From the NCBI RefSeq assembly GCF_009914755.1, contig NC_060938.1: a stretch of 64,000 nt of DNA. One strand, given 5' to 3'. Every line of letters starts with the position of its first letter. The stretch's first letter is position 1. Position numbers and translations under genes: made by a program. This DNA is from the human T2T-CHM13v2.0 reference genome, Homo sapiens. Of this stretch, positions 48,863-64,000 are shown piece after piece. The notes under the pieces are model-generated. The model worked only from the letters and a program-made list of their open reading frames with translations. It made no database searches and was not told the origin of the DNA.

Positions 48863-51800
48863 TGAACTCCTGAGGTCACGGGATCTGTGCGCTTTGGCCT
48901 CCCAAAGTGCTGGGATTACAGGTGTGAGCCCCTGCGACTGGCCTGTTTTTAGCTACTTTTAACTCACTATTTCTGCCAGCTGTAGAATATTCTATCAGGT
49001 TCTATCATGGCTCACCTAACCCTGTTCTACTCTACAACCCCGGGGTTGATTCCAGGCCTCACTCTCAGCAGTTGAGCTGCTCTAAGGGTGACCGTGGGAA
49101 CTGTCCACAGGTGCGGCTGCGGGTGCAGCGATCTCAGCGGTCTTAGAGCTCTTGGCCATCCCCCACATGGCTTCCCAGAAAATGCCTCCAGGAGGAGGGC
49201 CCTGCTGTACCTTTTTTGTGACCATTCCTCCTCAGCCTCAGTCATGGCCATGTGCTCCAACCATGGGAGTGGATGCGGCAGGGCCTGTCTAGGGGTTCGG
49301 CAGTTCTGTCCCTCTGCCATAGCATGGGCTGGGCAGGGACCTGGCCACGTGGGGCTGCTTCCTCAGCCCAGCTCCTGGCAGGAGAAGGAGTAGGGGCGCT
49401 GTGGGCTGGAGCCGCCAACTGACCAGTGCTGGCCCTGGAGGAGGCCCCTCCCCCACTCCCCGACTTCAGCAGGGCCTGCTGTGTGTCTGTGTCATCTTAG
49501 CCCAGGCTGAGGAGATGAATGCGTTTCCAAGCAGCCCATGGTCCTGGCGCCCGACTGGAAAAGCCTGAGCCTTCACCCTAGGTGGAGGGACCTAGCGAAG
49601 CCAGGCGGACAGAGGAAAGGCCTCGGCCCATCCTGTCCCATGACTGGGGGTTGGGGCTTCGTCTTTTTAATACCAATGGAATCCTAGCCAAGCATTCAGA
49701 ACCTTGAAGCTTTAACTTCTTAAATAATAATAACTCCCACAACCTCCGGGGACCCCGGGCAGCACGTGGTAGGACCAGCTTTCAGGTTGTCCTCCTGAGA
49801 CCCCAGGGCTCTGAAGGATCCTCTTCTTGGACCTCCTCCCCAACCGTGCCCAGCCACCCCAGTCATCCGAGAGGTTTGTCTCAAACCAAGTTCCTGCTTT
49901 AAAGAAAACGCTACCAGAGAAAGCACCTGTGCTCCAAACACGGGGGTGAGGGCTCACACCATGCCAGGGTCATAGCATGGGGAGGGATGCCTCCCAGCCT
50001 TCAGGGGATCTCCTCCTGTGACCCACAGCCCTCAAGAGAAGGACCAGCACAGCATCATTTTCCGACAGAGGAGGGCAGTGCAAATAACAAGTTCTGGCTA
50101 AAAAGTTACTCTGATCACCCAAGGGACATCTGTGCACTTGGAAAATACAGAAGACCACAGTCCCATCACCACCATCCCACCTTAAAAACAAACATAAACG
50201 TGGTCGCAGGCGTGACACATGGTGTGTTTCGTGTCCCTGCTTTCCTGCCTGGCAGAAGCATTGATGTAGACCCACCATACGGGTTCTTCGGGCCACTCTG
50301 GTACAGACTGTGTGGGTCATATCCCGACCCCTGGCAGCTGCATAACCTCACAGGCCGCCATCTCCTCTTTTGTCACTTGGGATGGGACAGAACTGTCACG
50401 TCCCTTAAGGGCTCACAACGGTGCCTGGCACAGAGGAGGGGCACCGCTCAATGGTGGCAGCTGGTGCCAAGCCCTGCTGTGCACGGCTTAGTCACCCCGC
50501 ATCTCCTCACTTGACCCCCAGTTGTAGTCCCTGCCTGGGTTAGACGCTGGCATACACAGGCACCATGTGTCAGGCGGCCCATCCGTCTGACTGCAACTGC
50601 ACGCTCGCCAGGTCCAGCAGCGCCGTACGCTCAGTTCTGGGGTCAATGGGTGCCTGTCTCCTGCCCTCCCATCACAGACAGCCTGTCCTCCTGGGGTATG
50701 GCTACCCCCTCTCTGGACATAGTCACTTCTCCCCCTACCCTGTCTCAAAGGTATGAGATCCACCGGCCCTCTGCCCGCCGAGCAGCTGGCCAAGGTCAGA
50801 CAGACCCTCATGGCTCTCAGTGTACCACCTTAGAGGAGCCAGGGGCGCGTGGGAAACACAGAGTCCCTTGTTCTCTCCGAAGTGGGACCCTGACTTTAAG
50901 CAGTCGCAGCTGTTTGCAGTTCTAGATACAGGAGTTACAGCTGGAGGCTGAGCTCTCTCAACGGAGGAAGCAGCGGCATGAGGGCCTTTGCAGAAGGAGC
51001 TGACGGGGCACTGGGGTGGCAAGCCCCGTGGGCCAGGAAAGAAACCAGCTCCAGGTCAATTTGCTCGGGCTGGATTTGTTTCAGTAAAACTACTTGTAGA
51101 CAAGACACAGGGCGAAGAGAAAAGCAACTGTAAACTAACTGTGAAACAAGGAAACAGAAGAGAGGCCAGAAAACCGTTTCCTAAATCTCGGCTTGGCATC
51201 TGGTGCTGGACCACAGCCGCTGCCAAACAGATGGGGGAAGCACCCTCCCTGAGCCCCAGAGCCTACACGTCGGGCCCCAGCGGCTCTAGCCATTGCCTCC
51301 TCTTTGCTTGGGTCCCCAAGTTCACTGTTAACCCCAGGGCCAGGAGCCAGCCTTGGCCCCAGACATTTGTTCTCCATTGTCCTGAGCACAACGCTGAAAA
51401 GCGGCGCTGAATAAGGATGCTGGGACGCAAAGAGGGCGCCCGGGGTCATCTGGAGCCCTGGAGGCTAAGCTCGGCAGCCTGGCGCCCCGAGTGGCTTCGA
51501 GTCCCCGCGACCGCCGCCAGGCCCGGCCACCTCCTTGCCACCTCCCTGCGTCCCGGGGAACCCACGCAGGGGGGCGCGAGGGAGGGGCTCGGGGACGGGC
51601 GGGGCCCGCACAGCCGGGCCAACCCAGCGGGGGTCGGCAGGAGACAAGGGGCGGCGAGGGCAGGGGGGCGGGGAGACTCGGGGCATGGCGGGGTGGAGGC
51701 GGGAAAGTGTCGAGGCCGGGGAATCCGCGCGTGGGGAGGTGGGCATCGCCAGGGCGACGATGAGCTTTCCTTAGGGGGCGGCGCCTGAAGCTGGCCGGGA

Positions 51801-52206
51801 CCCGGTGGACCCCCACGACTCTCCCGGCCCTTGCCCGCGGCTCCCGGGGGGCGGGGCGGGGCGCCCCGGGCGGGGTCTGTGCGCAGGCGCGTGAGTGCGC
51901 GCTCTCGCGCACCGGCGGGCGGGGACGCCCCGTGAGGCGCCGCCGGAGGAAGCGCGCGCGCACCTCACTTCCGGCGCGCGCTGCGCCGGCGGCGATTGGA
52001 CCCGAGGCGGCGAGCTGGCGCCCCGCCCAGCCAATCGGCGGCGCCGGCGCGGGTCGGAGGGCGCCGGGCGCGCGCGGGGCGGCCGGGGGCGCGCGGGGCG
52101 CGGGCGGGGCGCCGGGCGGGGCGGGGCGGAGCGGCCGCAGCTCGTCGCCGCCCGCGGGCCTGTCCGACGCCGGGGCCCGGCCCGTCCCCTCCGCCGCCCG
52201 GCAGCC

Positions 52207-52212
52207 ATGTGA
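52207..52212 (+). promoter_or_regulatory. Start-stop uORF (ATG TGA) upstream of the PACS2 ATG
   Basis: gcagccATGTGAcc, about 100 nt 5' of the main ATG and 3' of the CCAAT/ETS core. Confidence 0.6.
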
Positions 52213-52307
52213 CCGCGCCGCCGCCCTCCGCGCGCCCGGCCCGCCCGCCGCGCGTCCGCGGCCCGGCCGCAGCCCCAGGCCGCCGAGGGAGCGGCGGGGC
52301 CGGCGCC

Positions 52308-52426
52308 ATGGCCGAGCGAGGCCGCCTCGGCCTCCCCGGCGCGCCCGGCGCGCTCAACACGCCCGTGCCCATGAACCTGTTCGCCACCTGGGAGGTGGAC
52401 GGCTCCAGCCCCAGCTGCGTGCCCAG
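52308..52426 (+). CDS. PACS2: PACS2 coding exon 1 (119 nt)
   Basis: Strong Kozak context gcgccATGg. Encodes [39 protein letters not shown](R), the PACS-family [10 protein letters not shown] motif. Donor AG|GTACGC, phase 2. Confidence 0.97.
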
Positions 52427-52710
52427 GTACGCGCCGCCCGCCGCGCTTTGTTCCCGCCGGGCACCTGCTGGGGGTGTCCTGGCCGCGGCCTCTGCGCGCC
52501 CCATCCCCGGCCCGGGTCCCCCAGCGGAGCCCAGGTCGCCCCCCGCGCCCCCGCCCGCCGGTTCGACGCGTGCAGCCGCCGCCCCCCCGCAGCTCCGGCA
52601 AGCGCGGCCCCAGCCCCCCAGGTCCCGAGCACCGGGGGCCGCGCTCAGCTTCCGAGGACCCGGTGCTGCTCAGACCCGGCGGGACCTTGGGGCTCCCGGG
52701 CGGCGCTCAC

Positions 52711-52970
52711 CTGGCTCGCCGCAACCGCACCTGCACACCTGCCTCAATGCGGTGCCGGCCGGGGTGACGAGGGTGCTTCCTCTCTCGGGTACCACACGCT
52801 TCCTTTCGCGTTCGGCGACACTGTCAGACCTCGGCCTGGGAGCGACCCCCGGCGCACGGGGCGCGCAGGACTCGGTTGTATCCTCCGTCCAGCGCGCGGT
52901 GGAGATGCCCTGTCCTGCGGGGCGGGGTCGTCCTCGCGGGTACCTGGTTGGCGCTGTCTCTCATTTAGAG
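52711..52970 (-). other. BRF1: Putative alternative non-coding first exon of BRF1 inside PACS2 intron 1
   Basis: Strong minus-strand donor CCAG|GTGAGC (GT at 52710-52709) within the PACS2 CpG island. The 5' boundary is a guess. It agrees with my recollection of an upstream BRF1 isoform, which I have not verified. Confidence 0.6.
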
Positions 52971-55519
52971 GCGTCGCCAAGCCAGTACTGCTATTTGCGC
53001 CTCCCAGTTGATCTTGCCATTGCGGAAGACTGGCTGTTCTGCACTTGGTAGGGGGGCGCCCGGTCGCCCAGCGGTAACGATTGGACAGGGTTTACCCTCC
53101 GGCCATAGCCCAGCCTTCCTTGGACTTGCAGCTTCCCTGAGTCTCCTGCTCAGTTTGAAACTTTTGTAATTTCTTCGTGACTTGGTAGTTCCTGCTCAGG
53201 AAGCTCCCAGGCTAAGGAGGAGAGAGACACGCTCTCCGGAAAAGTTCTGGTTCTAGAATAGACAGCAGGCGAGAAGAGGAGGCGGTTGGGGGTAGTGAGA
53301 GTTCTCCCTGGGGAGATGGGAGGGTGAGCGGACCTTCCAGGCACTGGAAGTGGCCAGTATGCCTGGAGGGGACCCCACGTGGCATTGAGTTGTTCCACCC
53401 CTAGTCAGCTGCAGGTGGGCCTCTCCGTGCTTTCCTGTGGCTCCCACAGCCTGCATCTCTGAGCGTGGTGTTGGAGTTGCAGAGCCGCTGGACAGTGGGG
53501 CTTGCCCTCCTGGAGCGCAGGGTTGGGACCTCGGGGCTTTGGTTTTGCTGAGTGGACAGGAAGGATGCCCACCCGGCACGACTCTTGCACCTGGCGGGGC
53601 CTCCCGAAGGACCCAGTGTCCATATGAGACCTAAGGGTCAGCATTTGCCCAAGGTCTGGGGCCGAGCACTGCAGATGTGCCTGCTTGCCTCTCTTCTGGG
53701 AAGTCTCTGGGGCCTCAAAGCCAAAGCCAGGAGCATCTCCCCAGGCCTGGCTGCTTCTCCATTCCAGGTCTTGGCGATTGCCCCAATGTCAGGTCCCACA
53801 GCCCCACAGCCCTTCTCCTGTCTGCCCCTCTGAGTCACTGCCTCACCCACAGCCCCAGAACCTTCATGCGGGCTGTTGGCGCTCCCCTGCTCCAGCACTG
53901 CAGCACATAGCCTGCCCTTGCTGAACCTCTGCAGCAGCTTCCTGGGGCCCTCCGAATGAGCAGCAAAGTCTTTAACCCAAGGGAGGTGGGGGCGTGTGGC
54001 AGGAGGGGCCGGGGGCCTTATCAGCCCCCCTGTGGAGCTGTGCTCTATTCTCCAGGGGTCTAGAAAGCCCACTCTGGTGTCTGTGGGGAGGGTATGGGTA
54101 GGGCGGGTTTCGAGAAGCCTGGTTAGGACAGGCGGGGGTAGATGGGGGCACCTGGGCTGGGTAGCACTAAGTGCTGGGGGGGGTCCCGAGCTCTGGCCTG
54201 GACAGGGTTGGGAGGAAGGGTAGGCAGGAGGACAGGATTTGTTCTGTTGGTGTGGAGTTAATGGGCGGAGGAGTTAATGGGCGGAGGGGCGAGTGGCGCA
54301 GCTGACCAGGTGGGCAGATGCAGTTTGTTCGTAGGACATGCTCAGCCTCATAATGAGCTCCTGCCCTTACCTGTCCTGGAACAGGGCCCCTCATAGGCGG
54401 GCTTGCCCCTAGCTTTGCTTTGTGCTTGTGCCGCCTGTCCGTGCATCCTCGGACAGTCTGCTACTTAGTTTTGCTTTGTTCCTCCTGAGTTCTTCTGTAC
54501 TCCTCACTTTTGCCCAGCCATGAAGCTTCTGGGCTGCGTGTGTGCTGATGCCTTTCGGCGTGTTCACTGCTGCGTACTATTCACTGGCGTGACAGTACCT
54601 CGGCTTTGCTTCTGTCAAGGGACCTTGGCTTGTTTCCAGTTTTTTGGTTAATTACAAGCCCCGTGCTGCTGTGGACATCGTGTGCCAGTCTTCTGCGTGT
54701 GTCTTTCTGGATGGGCAGGGCCTGTCTTAAGCATGTACCGCCAGCTACCAGGATTTATGGTGGGGGTGTGCACGCACTCAGCGTTACTGCTGGGCAGTTT
54801 TCCAGAGTGGTTGTGCCTGCTCCGGCCCCCACTGACAGGGACGAGAGTCCCCACTGCTCCACATTTGTGCCAACACTCATTTGACTTAATTTTTGCCAGT
54901 CTGGTGGGTGTGAAGTGGTATCGTGGTTTTAACTTGAATTTCTCTGATTACTAATTTAGGCCATTTGTACTTCCTTGTCAGTGAAATTCCTGTTCCTTTG
55001 CCAGTTTTTTTTTCTCTTTTTTTCTGCTTGAGTTTCAGCAGTTTCTTTAGAGATAGTCATCCTTTCTCGGCTGTGTTGAGGATGTCCCCGTCCAGTTATG
55101 AGCGAGTCTTTGCTCTCTGAGCAGCCTCTGGGTGCACTCCCCGTGTCAGCCTGGTGGAGTGTGCACATTGACTGTTTGCCAGGCTGGGGTGCTGGTCTCG
55201 TTTCGGTTCTCCTTCTGGGAGGCAGCCGGAGAAGTCTGCCCCCGGGAGCTTGAACTGGGCATGCTGGGCTGTTGTTGGGGAGGCCTGTGCTCCGGGTTTC
55301 CTTGCGACGCTTTTGGCTCAGCACTGTTACACACGGTGCTCCTAGGTGGTCCACGGGGTATGCGTCAGTGCCTGTCTGTGGCCTCTGCCTCCTGGGTTCC
55401 CAGAGTGTCCTCCTGGTGCCCATGTCCCTGAGCGCCCCCACCTGCTCTTCAGCAAGGGCTGGGCTGCTTTGTACCTTGCCCTTCCCACTTGATTGTTTTT
55501 TCGGTTGATGTTTATTAAT

Positions 55520-60320
<4,801 letters not shown>

Positions 60321-63300
60321 AGGGCGTGTGCTGGTTGTACGATGCTGGGGTGGTGTGTGCTCCTCCCACAGGTCCAGGCAGGGCGTCCCTGGCTTTGACT
60401 TCCAGCTTTGCTGTAAGAGGTCAGCGGCCGTGACAGGCTGGAGGGAGACGTCTGGGTGGCTTTGTGGTCATGTCATCGTTGCCAACGGTCGTCTCATGGT
60501 GGGTCCTGGTGTGGGTTCTCTTGTGATTGCCTGAGTCGGGGTTACTAGACTTGCTGACTTTGTGGATCGATGATTTTCATGAGTCCCGGGAAGCTCTCAG
60601 CCACTTTTTCTTCTGCTGTTGGTTCTGCGCTATTCTCTCTCTCACCTCTGGAGCAACAATTGGACGTGTTGCTCTTCCTGCCGGATCCTCCACATCCATA
60701 GATGCACTGGGTGGTGTCAGTGGGCGGCGGCTGGCTGGGGCAGTAGCCTGTCTCCAGCCCTTCCCCCTGCCTCTGTCCACGTGCAGGGGCGTCTCCTCAG
60801 GACGCATGTTGCCTACTGACCGCTGCCAGCCTGCACGAGACTCTCACGGCGGGACCCTGTCTGCCTTGCTCGGTGCTGCCCAGAGCCTGCACAGTGTAGC
60901 TCCTTGGCGGACGTTCCTGTAATGGAACCAGGATGTCATGCCAAGGAGTGTGGTTTCATTTTGAGTGGTGGGGAAGTCGCTGGACTATTTCAAGTGTGTG
61001 TATTTGGGAGAGCAGTGCTGCTGGAGTGGTGGACCACACTGGAGGTGGAGATTGCCTCAGGGTGTGCAGGTGGAGATGGGTGGGAGGTGTCGTGCAGGGC
61101 TTGGGACAGGGCTTTCGGAGGTGGTCTGCAGTGATCCAGGGAAGATGGGCTGCTCTGAGGGAGGGGCTGAGGAAGCTGACCTGGGCAGCCAGTGGCCTGT
61201 AGGCTGGGCAGCACTCGAGCTGGGGCCAAGGGGCAGCAGGACGGTGCCCGTAGCCCTGGAGGCCTTGGGGATTCGGAGGACCTGGCCCATCGCCGTGGCC
61301 TGCACGGTGCGTGCACACCGCTCTGTCCGCGCAGGCTGTGCCCTGCTTTCAAGATGCCTGGAAACCTCTGGCAGCTCTGTCCTGCTGTCAACACTGGAGT
61401 CACATGTCAGTGGGTCTCCTGCTGGGGACTGGCTTTTGTGCAGGAGATGGAGGGCAGGGGGCTACAGTGCCCTTGGACTAAAGGATGCTTTCCTTGGATC
61501 TGGGCACTAGAACCAGCCCTTTCCCTCTCTCTGCCCAGCATTCTCAGCATGCGTCTCAGGAAGGTTTGATGGAGTGGGCAGCTGCGGTGCTGTGGCGGGG
61601 TCGGGGGGCTGCTGCAGAGAGCGGGTCTGCGGTCAGTCACAGTGACGGGGGTCTCTTTGGACCCTGTGACTTGTGTGTGGTGGTGGCAGGCAGTGGCGTT
61701 GCCGAGACAGGGTGCTCAGGTGCAGGTGGGAAGGGGTGGCAGGATGGAGGTTGTACAGTGCTTTCCCCAGGACCAGGGGGCAGGGTGTGGCGTGCTTATT
61801 CCTGCCTGGCCGTGGAGGGTCTCTGTAGGACAGGCTCCCGCTGAGGGCAGCCCTGAGGCCTGTGAGCTGCTGGCCCCGCAGGGTGGCTGGGCCTGGCTGG
61901 CTCAGCAGCTGCTCTGAGAGGCAGCCCTAAAAATAGCCGAGCGCTGAGAGGCCGTCCCTTTCTGCTCCGCAGGCGCGCGCCGATGTGTGCTCAGCTCAGG
62001 CCGACTTAGCAGGGTTGTGAGAGTGATGAGAGCGTGGCTGCTGGTCATGGTGCTGGGGTCGTCAGCAGCTCCTCGAGGGCTCCGGCCTGTGGAGGCCGGT
62101 GGCGCCCCGTCTCACCCCACGGATGGGGGGCAGGCTCTCCAGGAGCCCCAGGGAGCACTGGCTACTGCTGGGCTGCTCTCAGGCCCGGGACATTCATGGC
62201 CGTAGCCCCAGGTCCTCTGCATGGTCAGGGGCCATGCTGGGTCCCCTGGGGTGCAGATGCCGCTCAACAGAGGAGTCAGGACCCAAAAGGGGCAGAAATG
62301 GGCAAGGGAAGACACTGGGGAAGGGGTGGGTCTGCCCTTCCTGCTGGGGGTGCACACGGGCCTGGGGCTGAGCAACCCGCTCTGGGCCTGGCTGTTCCGC
62401 TCCACTGCCCCAACCAGCCTTTCCTCAGCACCCCCTGGCCAAGCTGTGGGCACCCCCTGCCCCCGGACACAGGCAGCACCTGGCCAAGTGCAGAGACACT
62501 CCAGCTGGCTCTTCGCCTGTGTCCCAGCCCTGAGGGCACCGTCGTAGGGTGGTGGGACGGGGGGGGGCTCGGACACAGTGGTTGTGGAGGGGTCAGTGCT
62601 GTGGCTCGGGGTGGGGTGGGGCTGGGGGAGGGTTTGCTTCAGGGTAGCGGCTCTCTTCAGGGGTTCAGCAAGGAGACAGATGGGTTCTAATGACCCCTGA
62701 GTCCTGAGACAAGGTGGGGTGAGCTGGAGCAGGGGAGGGGACTTGGAAGGGCCTTCAGTCCCCATGCAGCCCTTGCACAACCTTTCGGGCCAACATCCTG
62801 GGCCTTGCTTGGCAGAGGAGTTTGGGATCCACGGGCTTGAGGCCCAGGTGGTCAGCTCGCTCGGTGCAATGCTGTGTCTCGCATTTCTGTCTCTCGACTG
62901 CCCCATCCAGCCCGTGTCCTAAGAGCAGCTGGCAGCAGCCGCCACGCACAGGCAGCTCAGCTCAGCAGCCCCAGGAGCCAGGTGTGTCTTGAGCTGGGCA
63001 GCAAAGTGGCCATGCAGTCCAGCCTCCCTTCAGCCTTCCCCAGGATGCCTTTCATCTTGGGGAGATGGCCATTGTGGGGGTGACCAGCACTGTCCCTTCC
63101 CTGGCAGGCCAGGATGTGGATCCACAGCGAGGCAGACCTGCAGATGCACATCCCTCTTCTCAAATGCTGTTCTTGTTCTGGTGAGCACGGGGAACGGCAC
63201 CAAGCCAATGCTGATGGGAAGGGCCCTGACCTTGGGCTGCTGTCCTGCGAGCTTGGCCCCTCTGCTGGGCCCCTCCTCCATGCCTTTGTTTACTCTCCAA

Positions 63301-63562
63301 CCTTCTGGGAGTCCCACATCTGCATCAGGACAGAGGTGACCAGGGACCAGTTGACAGCTAGGATGCCACCAGCATCTTTTGTTTAATTTGAGTCTCATTT
63401 CCCAGTGTAATTCTGTAGCTGACCTTGCAGGAGGCATTGACAATATTTCTTTATTGTATGGCCCCAGCCAGGACTTCCCTCTTTTTAGATGCAAAATAAT
63501 TGGGCAAGACTTTTCATGGGCATTGCATGCTGGGCTCGTGCAGGTGTCTCCAGGGCCGCCTC

Positions 63563-63701
63563 GAGACCAGCGCCCGCCTCCCTGGTCCTGGATACAGGTG
63601 GGGCGGGGGCTCCCCCGCAGCAGTGGAGTTGAGACCCGCACCTGCTTCCTGGTCCTGGACACGGGTGGGGCGGGGGCTCCGCAGCAGCAGTGGAGTTGAG
63701 G
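63563..63701. repeat. 67-bp tandem duplication
   Basis: CCTGGTCCTGGA(T/C)AC(A/G)GGTGGGGCGGGGGCTCC...GCAGCAGTGGAGTTGAG at 63581 and 63648. Confidence 0.85.
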
Positions 63702-64000
63702 CTTCCGTATGAGCTCGCTCCTGGTCAGTTTGAGGGTGGACATACCAGACATCCTGCATCTTCCCAGTCGCCCCAGGAGCGCCTCAGGAGGGTGAGTGGC
63801 AGGAGGCCGATGCCCTGCTAGCAGGCAGTCCCTCGGGGCCAGGCCTTCCTGGTGCGGTGCTGAATTGGGCTGTTCGTTCCTCTGAGCACCAAGGAGAGGG
63901 ATGGCGGCTCAGGCTTCAGGCAGTGCCCGCCGGTGCCTCTAGAAGGTGCTCCGTGGTGGGGCCCGGGAGGGTGGCCCTTCCACATTCTCGGGCTGCCTGT

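Larger units (their letters stand above)
51400..53100. promoter_or_regulatory. CpG island / PACS2 promoter
   Basis: Extreme CpG density. GC-box cluster 51846-51875, NRF1-like TGCGCAGGCGCG 51880-51891, ETS/GABPA CACTTCCGG 51966-51974, ATTGG 51995-51999 and CCAAT 52031-52035. Confidence 0.92.

Noticed and set aside
51932-53051. 351-aa and 359-aa ORFs over the PACS2 island
   Set aside because: GC-rich stop depletion; only 52308-52426 matches PACS2 and it ends at a splice donor.
60400-64000. Further PACS2 exons among the dense ORFs at the right end
   Set aside because: No PACS-like continuation of exon 1 was seen; treated as GC-rich intron 1.

Overview
Human/primate, GC-rich, Alu-dense genomic DNA. 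From the encoded proteins I recognise it as the head-to-head BRF1 / PACS2 locus (14q32.33). Minus strand: BRF1 (Pol III factor TFIIIB 90 kDa subunit) coding exons 1-3 at 38016-37833, 23763-23683 and 9754-9581; the gene runs off the left edge. Plus strand: PACS2 coding exon 1 at 52308-52426, then intron 1 to the right edge. Two CpG-island promoters lie about 14 kb apart. Highlights: (1) BRF1 intron 3 begins with a perfect U12-type donor, GTATCCTTT. (2) Each CpG island carries an extra splice donor pointing at the other gene, suggesting reciprocal promoter sharing that gives N-truncated isoforms. (3) A 42 x 53-bp VNTR arose inside an MLT1 LTR; each unit is a 3' splice-site mimic in BRF1 sense and the array has higher-order structure. 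(4) Further VNTRs (72 bp; 35 bp inside an L1 3' end). (5) An intact HERV-K LTR5 solo LTR with a CCATGG TSD. (6) An AUG-UGA start-stop element upstream of the PACS2 ATG. Almost all other ORFs in the track are Alu, VNTR or GC-content artefacts. Repeat subfamily calls come from remembered consensus sequences, not a search, and repeat boundaries are approximate.
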